Origin: Selaginella moellendorffii
Lineage: Eukaryota > Plantae > Lycopodiophyta
DNA: 64,000 nucleotides
Assembly (NCBI RefSeq): GCF_000143415.4
Contig: NW_003314264.1
Coordinates: 1,566,733-1,630,732 of the forward strand
Reading direction: 5' to 3'
Translations under genes and position numbers: made by a program
Shown here: positions 1 to 13,570 of the stretch, piece after piece
Numbering within the stretch: position 1 is the first letter of the stretch
How the letters are laid out: every line of letters begins with the position of its first letter
Notes under the pieces: model-generated
Database searches by the model: none
The model's input: only the letters and a program-made list of their open reading frames with translations
What the model was told of the DNA's origin: nothing

Positions 1-1308
1 TGGAATCATCTTCGTGTCCAAGCCTTCCACTACAATAGCACTATCAAGACACTGTTGATGCCAAGGTCTTCACCTAGGAAATAGAGGTCACTAATCTAGA
101 AAATGTTGAAAACACCAATAAGTGTGAGTAATTTCATCACATGCTCAGTAGCGGACATCACGACCATAACCACGTCCTCACCTTTATCCTTGAACTTGGG
201 TAGTAATAGCATCAACCTCCATTGGAACAAAACTATCTCCTATAGGAAGTAGAGTTGAAGAACATGTAACGAGAAGTAGAAGAGGCAATGTCGCATAACA
301 TTGTGCCAAGTGAAGACCATCATCAAGGATGTTTTCAAATACACATTTGGACATGTTAATGATTATGATGATGTTTTTCAACAATTTCATCATCTTTGTC
401 AAGGCTAGAGCAAGTGCATATATAAGTCTTATAAGATCTTGATGAAGTGTTGGCTACAACATTCCCAACTTGATCTATTCCAATATATTTAGCTCTGCAT
501 GAAGCAAGAGGCTTCGGAAATGAATACTAAATTGCATCATAGATTTAGATAGCCCTTGACAAAGATGATGAAATTGTTGAAAAGCATCATCATAATCATT
601 GACGTGTCCAAATGTGTGTTTGAAAACGTCATGGAGAATGCCCTAATCCTCATAAATGGCTGTAGTCAAACCATTGTACCATTGCAACACTATCCCTTGG
701 AAATATGTGGGAAACTCACATAAGTGCCAAACATTATCCCAAGAATGATATGTGGCAATCATCGTAAAGTGATGAAATCAATAATATACACCATCTCTAA
801 GAATCCCATAGAAGAACTTCAACCGGATGTGAGGATTGGTAGCAAAAGCAAGAGTGTGTCATGCGTGTGCCGTGAGTGTCACCATCAACTGAGTTTGATT
901 GTTCAACTATAACAACATGGCATCGAGCAAATGCACCAACTATTGCTCTAGAGTCCAAGGAAGAGGCTATTGCTCTACCATGAAGATGAATGAAAAAAAA
1001 AAAGCAAAAGAGAAGAAATTGAAAAATTTATAAAGAAAGGGAGATTTAGACAATGCAAAAGTTAGATTTAAACCAAAATCCCAAATCCAAACACTCTTTA
1101 GGGACAATCAAAATTGCCCCTCACCTCCACCAATATGAGTGCATGGAATATGGAAATATAATATAAAAATATGTATATTAATTAACCCAAAAATTATAGT
1201 TTATATATAGAAGTGAGTGGTTCAGATTGAAACCAATTGGATAGCTATTAAAATCCCACTACGCTAATATTAATATACAACATCGTAGCTGTACACTTGA
1301 ACCTCACA
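1..1308 (-). mobile_element. Decayed Ty3/gypsy family A copy (5' LTR, leader, gag)
   Basis: ORF 184-402 ends VPMEVDAITTQVQG versus VPMEVDAAATRVQG in the intact gag (56817-57749). About 1133-1308 is the reverse complement of the family A LTR. Many C>T/G>A changes. Confidence 0.85.
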
Positions 1309-1344
1309 ACATCTATTTATGAATGATCTCCTTACATCTTTTGC

Positions 1345-2415
1345 ATGGTATGACTTCAATCTTACAGTTATGAAAAATATGCATTTCTTCTTTGTATACA
1401 TATGCCATACATTGCAAGTCAAACAAAATATTGTCATTGATAAAATTTTATACATCATTTCAAGAAAAATACATTAGAATGACTTCACCCTCAAGGACCA
1501 CCTTCATCTTAAAAGTAAGTTTTGTTAGAACATTAACATTTAATATATAGTTATGATCTTAGAATACATCATTTCAAGATAAATAAAAATGTCATGTGGC
1601 CACATGCTCTCACTCCTCACTATTATCAATTTCTTGTTCATCTTAAAAATGAGATTTATTAAGAACAACCAATTATTTATACTTGCTATTTTGAAAATTC
1701 ACCTTGAAAATGAGATAACCTTGGAGGATCTTGTTGCATCTTTTCTTTCTCATCCAACAATGCAAATGGTGGCTCACACAATCATCAGGAGATTGTTATT
1801 ATTCACCTTGAAAATGAGATTTATCAGAACACCCATATTTATACTTGGTATTTATATTCTCATCTTAAATTATATTATATTCTTTTGATAAACTATATTC
1901 TCATGTCAGACATATACTATGAATAGTATATATCTTGCAAAATTAAAAATACACTTCAAAACTAACTATAGTTTATATTAGATAAAAGTATAAAATATTA
2001 TTAATATAATAAAAGAGTGATCTCTATCAAGAATTTCTTTGTAGCTTGTATAACTACATCTAATAATGTTCCCAAGCTTTGTGATTGTTATCTAAATGTG
2101 ATCTAAAGTGTTTGCTATCTATAATAAGGATTGTGTGGGGAGATTGACTGCTAAATCCAAGGGATCCCAACATAACAATTTTTTTGGATAATGTTGTGCA
2201 TGGCTGGATAAAAAAGTAGAGTGCCGCCATCACCCTTCCTGACCATGCAAAGAATGCAGCAAAAGCCTTCATAAACAAGGTCTAAGATGATAATTATAAT
2301 ACTATATTAGATCATTATTCTAATAAATCAAGGTGAATAAGAGCATTTTTATTATGACGCACAGTCTATTGATGAATGTGAAGACTGATTGCATGCCACC
2401 ACACATATTATTTTA
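1345..2415. repeat. AT-rich dispersed repeat with internal subrepeats
   Basis: Motif TTCACCTTGAAAATGAGATTTAT recurs. 2278-2415 matches 7971-8090 directly; about 1590-1880 matches 8090-8430 inverted; about 1345-1560 matches 9390-9700 inverted. Element class not determined. Confidence 0.6.
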
Positions 2416-4384
2416 TTAAACCAAATAAATCTGTAATCCCAATACATTACATATTTTAGAAATATAGTGTTATTAAATTATCTATTTTACTCAAATTGAT
2501 TCCAAATTTATATGTTGAAAGGTTTAATTACAATTCTTTGATTTAAAATGTAACTTTCAAGATTTTTGGTTTGCTTAAGCAAACCTGTAAGGGGACTGAG
2601 ATGGTAGTGAATATACCTAAAATATGCTTAAATATTCTAGAATGTTTTACTATCTAACAGTTGTTATTCATTTAAATTAATCTTGTATTTATAATTTATA
2701 AACTTTCTTAAACCCTTTCTAGTATATTCTTTTTTATTCTATCATCTAATGGTTAATATTCAATAAGATTAACCTTGTGTTTAGAAACTACAAACATACT
2801 TATAATAATAAACTTTATTTGATCAATTGGATTAATTGATAATAATAAAATTAATATTAAGAAAACCAAGCATTCAATGCATAACAATTTCTTTTAGATA
2901 TAAAATTTTAGCAGACTAGTTACAATATAAAATCAAAACAATATGCTCCAAAAGTGCTCTATAGAATCCCCGGATTGCTTGTCTCCATCACTGCACGTTC
3001 CAGCCATGTGTTGTGCTGGGTTCTCCCAGTGCCACTGCAAGGATGCATCCAGTCGATGGATGCTCTAGCAGAGGATGAGGCTATCTGGAGTGGTCATGCG
3101 TTGGGGAATTGTAGGACTTCGCGATTGATTGGCTGGAGCCTCTGCAAGACATCACTCTCACCCTATCTAGTTCCAAAACATCCAGCAGCAGATCCATGCT
3201 CTGTTCTTTGAAGTTAAACTCAGATAGGTGCCATAGCCAGCTACTGAAGTTCACAAAGTTTTTTACTGATAGGACTTGGAGTATTTCAATCTCTACACTC
3301 ATTCTCATCACGTCCGTGTATCCTTCCAGGTATGGCGGCCATCAGCCACTTCCAAATCTTGACACTGCACTTCCAGGAGCTTGAGAAGACGAGAGATCTG
3401 TCAGCCACATTGATGGTAGAGCGGAAAAGGAAAAGATTTAATCTCTTGTGAGCAGTTTGGCAGTGAGAATGGTCACTTGAGTTGGAAGCAGTGAACCATC
3501 CAAGTCGCAGCTTTCCTCATGATCTTTTTCAGCTTGTTCGGTAAGAACTTCTTGGGACTTTGATGATCTAACGAAGAGAATTTCCAGAGAAGTTTGGTGG
3601 TATCTTTCATTGATCCCCATGGCAATGGTGGCTGCGTGCGCTTCGCAGTCTTGGGTGAGTTTTCTTTCCCTAACTCACGTTAATGTAATGTCGATCCAAC
3701 CTCAGCTGCGAGTGGTTTCTTGTATCTCCAGTTCACAAACCTCAATCTGCCTTCATGTTTATGGCTTTCTTGGTCCCGAAATACATTCGAGAGTTTGTAA
3801 TCTTGGCCAAGTTCACACGACAAGACAAAATTCAAGCGTGTCCATCCGACTGTTTTGCTTCTCACCTCTTAAAATTTCAGGGGAAGCTCATCACTGACTT
3901 AGGCTGTAGGACGAGTACCCTCTTCTTGACTGGATCCTAGGCAGTGGACTTCCGAGCTCAACTGAACCACCTCCAGGCCTTGCTGTCATCAGCCTCAAGC
4001 CTCCACCCAAAAGATTCCTCAAATCTGCTTACGACGCACATCGGATTAAACCACCACCTTTTTTAAGGCTCAATTTAGCCACGTGGCTATGGCACGGTAC
4101 TCCTAGAACATGAATAAAACAAGAATGAGAAAAGAATCTTTTTGCAGTGTCGCAGATCCCATAAGAGCTTGAAGAGAAACCGGCCTTGGAGTTCCGGACC
4201 GTTTCAACTCGAATATATAACAGCGGCAGAACATTCGGATAAAATGGAATCGGAAAGCAATACCCCGATCCTAGGAAGTTCCACACGCTGACGAGCGCAA
4301 CAAATGCCCCCATACTCTTGGAATTCAGAGACTCGGCCATCTGGAAGTATCAGAAAGTTTTAGTAGTGTTCTGCGAGCAAAACT

Positions 4385-4480
4385 TTGTGGTTTTCAAGTT
4401 GGCGCGATAGTACTTGACGATGTACTCGCTGTCACGGAGATAATCGGGCAATGCCTGATACTCGACAAGCTCGTACCTTG
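4385..4480 (-). pseudogene. Fragment of a heptahelical PAQR/HHP (haemolysin-III-like) gene
   Basis: RYELVEYQALPDYLRDSEYIVKYYRAN matches the conserved HHP/AdipoR N-terminal LPxYLRDNEYIxxYYR motif. No transmembrane exons follow. Confidence 0.7.
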
Positions 4481-4699
4481 ATGGTAACCCAGATCTTCTT
4501 ATTCTTGCCATCCAGGGCTTGCGCAGATAACTCGTCATACACACCTGGTAGCGATTATCCCTGACTCAAGACTTCTGGTACGTAACTCTCTCCTTTGTTT
4601 ATTTTCTCTAGACTCACGTAGTGTTTTTGAGCTCATTTCTTTCGTAGGCTTTTTGTTCTTTGCAATGGGATGTGGCACTGGCAGTGGTCTCACTGCAAC

Positions 4700-5715
4700 C
4701 AACAACTTAGCGCAAGACGGAGCTTGGACTTTGAAGGAGAGCCGGGCAAGCCGCCTTTAATCCAACTTCTACAGTTACCGAATTTCTCATCGAGTTCTTC
4801 AATGTCTTGATGAACAGACTATCAGCGTCAGGATGAACCTTCTGTCTCCCATCCGCAGTATGAAACTGGAAGAACGCAGAGTTTAACAAACTTAGAAAAC
4901 AGCAAGAATTGTACGCTTACAGAGATGACACCAGGAACCAAAAGAATGAGAAGCATGATAAACATGAAGGCTGGCTGCCTTCCTCACGGCAAAGCAATCC
5001 TGGAAGAAGAAGAGAAAGAAAGCTCTATATACTAGTACCTGGAGCAATATGATGCACATAAGATAGAATGCAAATACGAGACTGGTGATCTGGGATAAAC
5101 AAGAAAAGCATAAGAATCGATCCAGACAAACCGTAGCTTACCACTGGCCTAAAGTTACGTACAGCATTGTAAATTTGGGATCGTCACGGCTCGATAGGAC
5201 GAATGAAAAGCATGGAAACGAGTGCCACCATTGGTGGAAACATCGCACAGACAAGAAGGGATGGGCGTGTGTGGTGCATACACCGCAGTATAGACCTGAG
5301 TTTTAGAAAACAACGAAGAACGAAAACAGAAAGTTAAGAATGAGAATACCTCGAGTGAAGATGGCACAAATCCTTGGAGAAGGCCTACAACCACGCCTCT
5401 ATCCGAAGGAAAGTTTCTCATGCTGCCACCAAGTTTTTAGAAAAACGCTCTCGCTATGATCAATCAATCTTATGGAAGATCCAACCAAGAGAAAAAAAAC
5501 TTACAAAAAAAAGTGAGACAAACACGAAGAACACAAAGAAAAATAAAAGCATCGTGTGGAAACTTAACTGCATCAAGCCACCGACGAGGAGCACGAAAGA
5601 CGCAGAGCAGAAACAATGCCTACACCCCCTCCTGCTTCAAATCGCCCAAGCAGAGCGAGAAGGCGTACGAGATCCCGCCGCAAGCTTGCATCCACATTCC
5701 CAGTGACGCAAAATC
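4700..5715 (-). pseudogene. Nodulin-like MFS transporter (NFD4-like) pseudogene
   Basis: Recognisable pieces in different frames with deletions: LGMWMQACGGISYAFSL, FVLLVGGLMQLSF, MRNFPSDRGVVVGLL, TQVYTAVYAPHT. Confidence 0.7.
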
Positions 5716-5780
5716 GGCTGCGGTGGATCCCAAGTAACTTCGAGAAAATCCATCTAGTTCCCGAGAGACCTGCGCGTTTC

Positions 5781-5786
5781 GGCCCA
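5781..5786. promoter_or_regulatory. Site II motif (TGGGCY) upstream of RAD1
   Basis: GGCCCA about 95 nt upstream of the RAD1 ATG. A short motif that could occur by chance. Confidence 0.3.
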
Positions 5787-5878
5787 TAGAGTTGCGAAAG
5801 AAATCTCTAGGAAAACATTTGTAAAGAAAGAATAAATCTCTTCTGTTTTGGACAAGCTTCTGCCCTAGGAACTTAGCG

Positions 5879-7086
5879 ATGGAGCTGCGGTGCGTGCTAG
5901 ACAACGTCCAGGGGCTCGTGGATTCGCTCAGCGCTGTGCGATGGAAGAAACAACAGGTGATCGATAGTTTCCTCTTCTTCTTATGGCTATCTAGAAAGCT
6001 TTCTTCTTTTCACTCCACAGGACGCCATTTGCGAGGTCTCGGAGCATGGACTGGTGATCATCGTAGAAGAATGGGGATGCCTCCAAGCTCGAGTTTATTA
6101 CAGGAAAGAAGTAAGCGCCCCTCAAAGTTCATTGTTTCTCATTGTTGCATCAATGTTCTTCTGGGTTTTACAAGCTCTTTGTTTCATACGAGTATTCGGC
6201 AGAGTCGAGGCCGAGATTTGGCGTCAGCCTTGGCTTGCTCGTTGACACCTTGAGCACATTTTCTTCGACTGGTACCACTGGGCTTGAGCTCTCGTATCCC
6301 GGATCGGACATGCAGCTTCTCCTCAAGTAAGTTAACTGGTTCGATCGAGTGAAAGGCTTTTTGATCCATTCTCAGGCTCACGGACGCTGATAATACGTGC
6401 ATCTACGCTGAAATTCGAACCAAAGTCACGGACACTGTCCCGAAAGAGTACAGTGTAGACGGCGATGGTGGTCGCCGAGCAGTCTTTGCAGTGAAGGTTA
6501 TCACTGATCGCACCTCCTTTTTGTTTTTGATTGTAGAGTTAACTTCCTTGTTGTGTAGTCGGCGGCGTTGAAAGAAGCCATTGACGATCTCGAGTGGCCG
6601 GGCTCGAGCATTTCCATCACCATATCTCCCGATCCAGCCGGGGTGATTCTCAGAGGGGAAGGCCATCATGGAGACCTGCAGGTCGATCTCCTATCCTCAC
6701 TTTCAGTTCCCCGCTAAGACTTCTTTGTACTTGTTTAAGATCGACTTCCCGTATGATGCTCACAACGAGCTCTTTGCCGCGTTCCAGTGCCAAAGCGAAG
6801 TAAGCTACAGGTATGCTTTCCGGATTTCAGTAGATCTCACAAAGTTGCTACGATGTTGCCCAGCTACAAGTATAAGTTTCTGCGAGCAACCACAGCCAAC
6901 GTTCCAAACAGCGTGACGAAAGACAACAGGGGCAGCAAGCTAACCATTGGAGCCGGGGGCCTCCTCAAAGTCCAGCATTTAATCTCCCTCCGCCAGGCGC
7001 AGCAGCACAATATCGATCCAAATCCCACACAGCAGGGCCGCGTTTCTTACGTCGAGTTCTACCTAATGCCAGACCAAGAAGCGTGA
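5879..7086 (+). CDS. RAD1: Cell-cycle checkpoint clamp subunit RAD1 (9-1-1 complex), 7 exons
   Basis: Exons 5879-5956, 6021-6110, 6175-6326, 6376-6496, 6559-6681, 6740-6810, 6865-7086 with GT-AG introns of 49-64 nt. They splice to LDNVQGLVDSLSAVRWKKQQ..RPRFGVSLGLLVD..SAALKEAIDDLEWPGSS..YKYKFLRATTAN..RGSKLTIGAGGLLKVQHL, matching plant RAD1. Confidence 0.93.
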
Positions 7087-7436
7087 GTACAGCACTTGAT
7101 TAATAAGATCATAAAGGAAAATATTTTGTTTTTAAGGGTAAAGTACTACTTAGTAAAGGTTTAATAACTATAAATGAACACTAAAGTGTAGGCTTAGAGT
7201 CAAGGCTCCACTTTCTCACATCGCTGTACCTGCAGGATTCCAAAAAGGCTCGTCTTGCGGAGCGCATGGATGAGCTGAGAGCATTAACTCGCACCACCAA
7301 AGACACCAAAGATAAGATCCATGGAGCACCCATTGATTATATAATTTAATTTTTTTACATTCATTACTAATGACATATTTCTAAAACTATGTCCATTGTA
7401 CAAATACATACGGAGCAAATTCAATAAGATTGTTGT

Positions 7437-7708
7437 TCTGCGAGCAAAACTTTGTGGCGGTGTGATAGTACTTCGGATGTAATCGTTGTCACGCAGATAC
7501 TCGGGCATGGTACTCGTCCTGATACTTCCAGATGGCCGAGTGTCTCAAGGGTTAGCGCGTGGAACTTCCTATGATCGGGGTATTACTTTTCGATTCCATT
7601 TTCTCCGAATGTTCTGCCACAGTTATATATTCGAGTTCTTCATGAAACGGTCCAGAACTTCAAGGCCGATTTTTCTTCTGATTGTTCAAGCTCTTATGGG
7701 ATCTGCAT
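7437..7708. repeat. Rearranged duplicate of 4150-4480 (second HHP fragment plus an inverted block)
   Basis: 7437-7515 repeats about 4371-4460 directly (minus strand PEYLRDNDYI). 7519-7708 is the reverse complement of about 4150-4353. Confidence 0.8.
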
Positions 7709-10700
7709 GTTTGCTTTATTTATGATTATGCAGATCTATGGAACGTTCCTCAAATTCACTGTCAGTACCATGCTCTAGCGACGTGGCTAGATATACCACC
7801 CACTGCTGGACTGGGGGTAACACTAGCAGACTCTCCAACTTGCGCTAACGAGATTCCACGGACAGCTCAATGAGTTTGCTTCTAAACACTTCTACTATGT
7901 GAACATTGGAAGTGTGGTTTAATCCACATGGCAGTTGATGTGGAGTGTAGCAAAAGATCTTTATAAAGTGGGTCTAAGATGAGAATTATAATACTATATT
8001 AAATTTGTTCTAACAAATCAAGGTGAATAAGAACATTTTTATTGTGCCATGAGAACTGATTGCATGCAGCCACACACCATTCCTATTTAGGGTGAGAATA
8101 TAAATACATGTGGTTGTTCTAATAAATCTCATTTTCAAGGCGAATAAGAACAATCTGCTAATGATTGTGTGAGCACTGAGAGCATGTGGCCACACACCAT
8201 TTACATTGTTGGATGAGAAAGAAAAGATGCAGCAAGAGTCTTTATAACGCAAGTCTAATGTTATTTTATAACTTTCATTTTTAAGGTGAACAAGAAGAAT
8301 ATAAAGAGTGATGGCATATAGCCATATGTCATTCCTATCTAAGGTCAGAATTATAAATACCAAGTTCTTAATATATTTTATTTTTAAAGTGAACAAGAAT
8401 AATTTATTGATGATAGTGAGGAGTGAGAGATAGCAACAAATATGTGATTGAACATGGAAATATTATATATTTACACATGTGTGGTTTTTTTTTAAATTTT
8501 GAGTTGCATGCAAAAGTATTATACACACAAACACTTTTTGATTATTATATAAGCAATCAAAATATAATTGTGTGTATAATATTTTTAATTAGGGTATAAC
8601 ATCTTAGACCATACAAGACAAATATCACATCATCTTAGATAACATGATGTCACCACAAATATAGTAAGGATATTTTATTTATCTCATTCTTATATCATTG
8701 AGTACAAATTTATGATCTCCCGATTGTGATCATCTCTCTCCTCCTTTGTGTGCATTCCATTTGCCTCTCATTTCATGCGTCTATGCTTTATTTCTCATAA
8801 CTTGGAAGCATATTTCAATTGTAATATAGACTAATGTAAGCATGGTGGTTCAATTGGCAAGTATTTCTTATTTCTCACAGCTTGTTTACATTGCAACACC
8901 TTAATCCAGGTAATATTTGATTGACCTAGAAGTGAGCGCAATCAATTGAAATGTAGAGGTGAGTGCAAAACGATTTTATGAATGTTTAGGGTGTTGAGTG
9001 TTGTGACTTTCTGTGAGCAAGTGGATCTTACTGTAGCCACAGTAATTTCTTGCATTCCTAGTTTGTTGTTCTTGGCCTTCATTTGCAAACACACCTAATA
9101 GTAATGCCAAAAATATATATGTATGATAAGTGTTTTCAATTACCCTTACCAAGGAGAATGCCTCAAGTACACAACGGTGGTAAACTCAACTTGCAACATC
9201 TAAAAAACATGTAAAATCCAGTTTGTGCACACATATATGTTTTTTTTTTCATATATTTTGCAAGCTTACACATTTTTTTATCAGATCACCCACCCCAGGT
9301 ACACCTCTCTCCCCCCAAAACTACCATCACAAATTGCTTGCTATAGTGGCTTTGGACTATTTTTATTTAATCTTGAAATAATATAGTCTAAGTTGAGAAC
9401 TATATATTAAGTGTTAATTTTCTAACAAAACTTATTTTTAAGATGAAGAAAGCACTAATAGTCCTTAAGGATCATAATATATAACCTAAAGAAGTGAAAC
9501 CACTTAGGCACACTAGTGTATTTTTCTTGAATTGATGTATGAAATCTAAATTTTATCAATGACAATATGGTGTTTGGCCATATGCAATATGTGGCATGTG
9601 TCTATAAAGAAGAAATACATATTTTCATAATTGTTTGTGTCATGAAAATTGAAGTCATGCCATACAAAAAATGCAGGGAGATCATTCATAAACAGACATG
9701 AGAACTATATATTTACTAGGACCTGATTGTTTTGAAACAATTCATTAGAAAAAAGAACAAAAAAATGCTAGTGGGCATACACCAGCCTAACTAGTGAACA
9801 CTTCTTTCATTGTGCTCTCAGTAGTAATTTCGAGTCAAATGTCTTACTTTGGAGTGTGGCTACTTGGCAAATGCCAACATCACACAGTGGAAAAGGGGGG
9901 AGAGGGAAGTGATCACAGGAGTTAGTAGATGATAAAAAAACTTTATATTGGCTTGCTGTGCCACACATTGGTAAGTTGTATCCTTAGCATTTGAACAACT
10001 TATTGGGAGCCAAAAGCTCTTCTAGCCACCTTTTCAGTGCTTCTGTCCCTGTGTTCTCCACTTTCTGCCTCTAATCAAATAAGTAGAAAGGATCTCAAGG
10101 CATTCATTTTCTTAAGTAATGGCCACACAAAGAGATAGAAAAGCTTGTGAAGAATCCATGATTGCAAATAATCCAACTTTGCACCAAAGAGAAAGAAGGA
10201 ATGGGGCCAGGGAAGACAATATTGATATCTCTGAAGTGCTATGTAATAATTTGTTGTGTGATGCATGTAGCAATGTTTGGTTTGTTTAATATAAGTGTTA
10301 TTCTTATTTAATATTTTAAAATAATCTAATTGATCAATAATTATAAACATGTTTTCAGTTTATAGATCAATGGTAGAATATACTAGGAAGTGTTTAAAAA
10401 ATTTTAAAAATTATAAATATAATATTAATATAAATGAATAATAGCAGTTAGATGATATAATATCCTAGAATATCTAAGCATATTCTAAGTATAATGGTAA
10501 TTACACATATGAAATTCATAAACACATAGTGTGACATTATTTCACCTCATAACACAATTATTACATCTTACATAGTATTGATTTAGATATTTACATAAAC
10601 ATGAATTCCATCTTATGTGTATATCCAAAGGTTCTATTTTGATGATAAATTTTATGTAAATAAGATGGCCATGCCAGAAAAAAATGAAGTTACAAAAGTC

Positions 10701-10839
10701 CTGGTGTTATGCAATGACTTCATAATGAGGTGTGATGCTTGCAAATCCTGTGGTATAAGATTGGTAATGAAATAAAAAAATCAAAATATTAACACCAATA
10801 TTGAGTTCATTAAGGCATGGAAGTGTGCACACATGCTAT

Positions 10840-11690
10840 CAAGCCACTGACCTGGCACTTCTGGCTCTGATCCTTTGCACCATCTTCCAGACCATCGAAT
10901 ACACAGGCTTCCCGGTTCCATGGATGACTAATTGCATCATTCCAATCCATAAGGATGTTCCTGACAACTACTGCTGCATTATGGTCAGCAGCGTTTTCTC
11001 GAAACTCTATGCACACATGCTGGAGAGAAGACTCTCCCAGTGAGCAGAAGAACTCCAAATGCATACTTGGGGGCAAGCTGGATTTTGGCCCAGATGCGGT
11101 GTCGATCATCTGGTCATGTTGCGGACAATTATGGACTGAAGGTGGACAAGGCAAGGCCTACTAATCTGTTGTTTGTGGACTTCACCAAAGCTTTTGATAC
11201 AGTCCCCTGCAATCTTCTATTTGAGCACCTCCGGGATCTGAACACACCTCCGTCTCTCATCACAGCTATCTGCCACCTCTACACCAAGATTCAAGCTGAA
11301 TTGGTAGGATGAGCAGCGATCAATTCCTGGAAAAGTGCCTCAATGGTAAATTCCGAACAAAGTCGGAGACAAGGGGCAGCCCTGTAACCCTGTTTGATAT
11401 CCAGATGGCGTGACTGTTTCTCCAATTACTTCTCTACACCAATGACTTGCTCTTGCTCGCCAACTCCCACGGGCAAATGCAAAGACAGCTTGATGCTCTC
11501 GCAAGATTTTGCACACCAACACAGCTCTCCATAAAACTCAGTAAGACACAGCTGCTGGCTTCGGGAAGGGATGGAAGACCCTCCCCCCTCTGTTCTATTC
11601 AGGCCACAAGGTCATGAGAGCAATATAGTACAAGTACCTTGGCATCACCCTGCATCAGCAACATCCTTGGAAGGTACCATTTGATCTCTC
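10840..11690 (+). mobile_element. Non-LTR retrotransposon (LINE) reverse transcriptase relic
   Basis: FPVPWMTNCIIPIHK..SKLYAHMLERRL, LFVDFTKAFDTV, LLYTNDLLLLA (decayed YADD) and YKYLG. QGCPLSPTLF lies on an inverted segment. Confidence 0.85.
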
Positions 11691-11694
11691 GGGG

Positions 11695-13570
11695 CAGTTA
11701 AAGGTGGCTCATCACCTAACACGTGGGCATAGCCTTCTTGGGTCACACTGGCCGACAATATATCAAAGTGAAAAAGATTAGCATATTGCTTCTTGAGTTG
11801 GTCAATTGTTATGATGCAAAGATTGTTGAAAGGATTTAGAGAGGGAATAGAGGAGTAAAATGAAAACACAGTAAAAAGTAATAGGGAGACAAAAGTGATG
11901 AAAGTAAAAGTAAAAACAAAGGGACAAAATGGAACAAAAGTAGAAGGAAAGAAAAAAATATGTAAAAGTATGAAATAAAAGGGAGAAGCTTCAAAATCAC
12001 ATTGCATTGCAATTAATTTATACCAAAGATGATGTCAAAAGTTTGACTTAGCACCACCTACAATAATTAAAGTTCAAGTTTGAGTCGACCACATGCATAG
12101 TTAAGTTTGCCTCATCTCGCGCATATGCATGTGTACGGCCATTGCTATAAAGAATGAAGATTAGCTCTGCCATATAATGCAATTGTAAATAGCAATATTT
12201 GACAATAGGCCGAGCAATAGATGATAAATTTGAGCTCATATCAACCAATATTAAGAAAATAATAGGAGACCTTTTATTATAAGAACAAGCTTGGAAAGTA
12301 AACACTAGTGCCAAGTGAACCTTTTGATAGTACTCCTGAAAGACAGATAGAAGAGCCACTAATTTATGTGTGCAAAAGTTCTCTATGACTCACACAACTC
12401 CTCATTAGTTTTTTGGAAGAATCTCTATGTCAAGAACAAAAACACCAACAAAATGTTATTGATGTCAAGCCCCCCACTCAAGAAATGGAGGACATCAATC
12501 TGGAAAACATTGATAACACTAATATGTATAGCCAACCTCATCACATGCCCAACAATGGACATCATGGCCACGACTACATCTTTACTCTTGTCCTTGAATA
12601 TATGCAGTAACAACATCAACCTTTATCAGAATAGAATCATTTACTATAAAAAGTGGAGTTGAAAGACATGCAACAATAAGTGAAAGAGGTGATGGTTTAT
12701 AACATTGTGCCAATCAAAGAATATTGTTAAGGGGGAGCAAGTGCATGCACAAATCCCATAAGATCTTAACAAAGTGAAAGCCACAATATTCTTAACTTGA
12801 TTTGTTCTAATATATTTGGCTCCACATGAAACAAAAAGCTCCAGAAACAAACACTAAATTGCATCATTGACTTAGATGCTTTTTGATGAAGACAGTGCAA
12901 TTGTTGGAAGGCATCATCATAATTATTAATATGTCCAAATGCATGCTTGAAAATGTCTAAAAGAATGTTTTAATCTATGAAAGTGGTTGCACTCAAATCA
13001 TTGTACCATTGTAACGTTATCCCTTGGAGATGTGTGAGAAACCCACATAGATGCCAAGCATCATCCTAAAGATCACCATAAAGTGATCAAAATAGTGGTA
13101 CAAATCATCCCTAGAATTCCCATGAAAGAACTCCAACCAAACACGAGAATTAGCAGTAATAGTAGGAAGAGTTATACTATACACCATAAATACCATCATT
13201 AATTGAGTTTGATTGTTTAATTACAATTGCACCAACTATTGTTCTAGAGTCAAAGGAGGAGGAGGCTACTACTCTGTTATGAAGATGAATGAAAAGGAAA
13301 AAAACAATAAAGAAGAAACTAATAAAAAATTATAAGGAAAGTGAGATTTAAATAATGTAAAAGTTAGGTCTAAACCAAAATCCTAAATCCAAGCACTCCT
13401 TAGGGATAATCAAAGCTACTTCTCACCTTCACCAATGTGAGTGTATAGAATATAAAAAAATGCATATCAATTAGCCAAAAAACTTTAGTTTATATAAAAG
13501 AGGAAGTGGTCTAGATTGAAACCAATCTAATAGTTATAAAAATCCTGCTACACTAATATTAGTATGAACT
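11695..13570 (-). mobile_element. Heavily decayed Ty3/gypsy family A copy (LTR, gag, protease)
   Basis: YNKRSPIIFLILVDMSSNLSSIARP..FILYSNGRTHAYARDEA matches the intact pol (YNKRSPILLSVLVDTGSSLSSIARP). LTR remnant at about 13435-13570. Confidence 0.85.
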
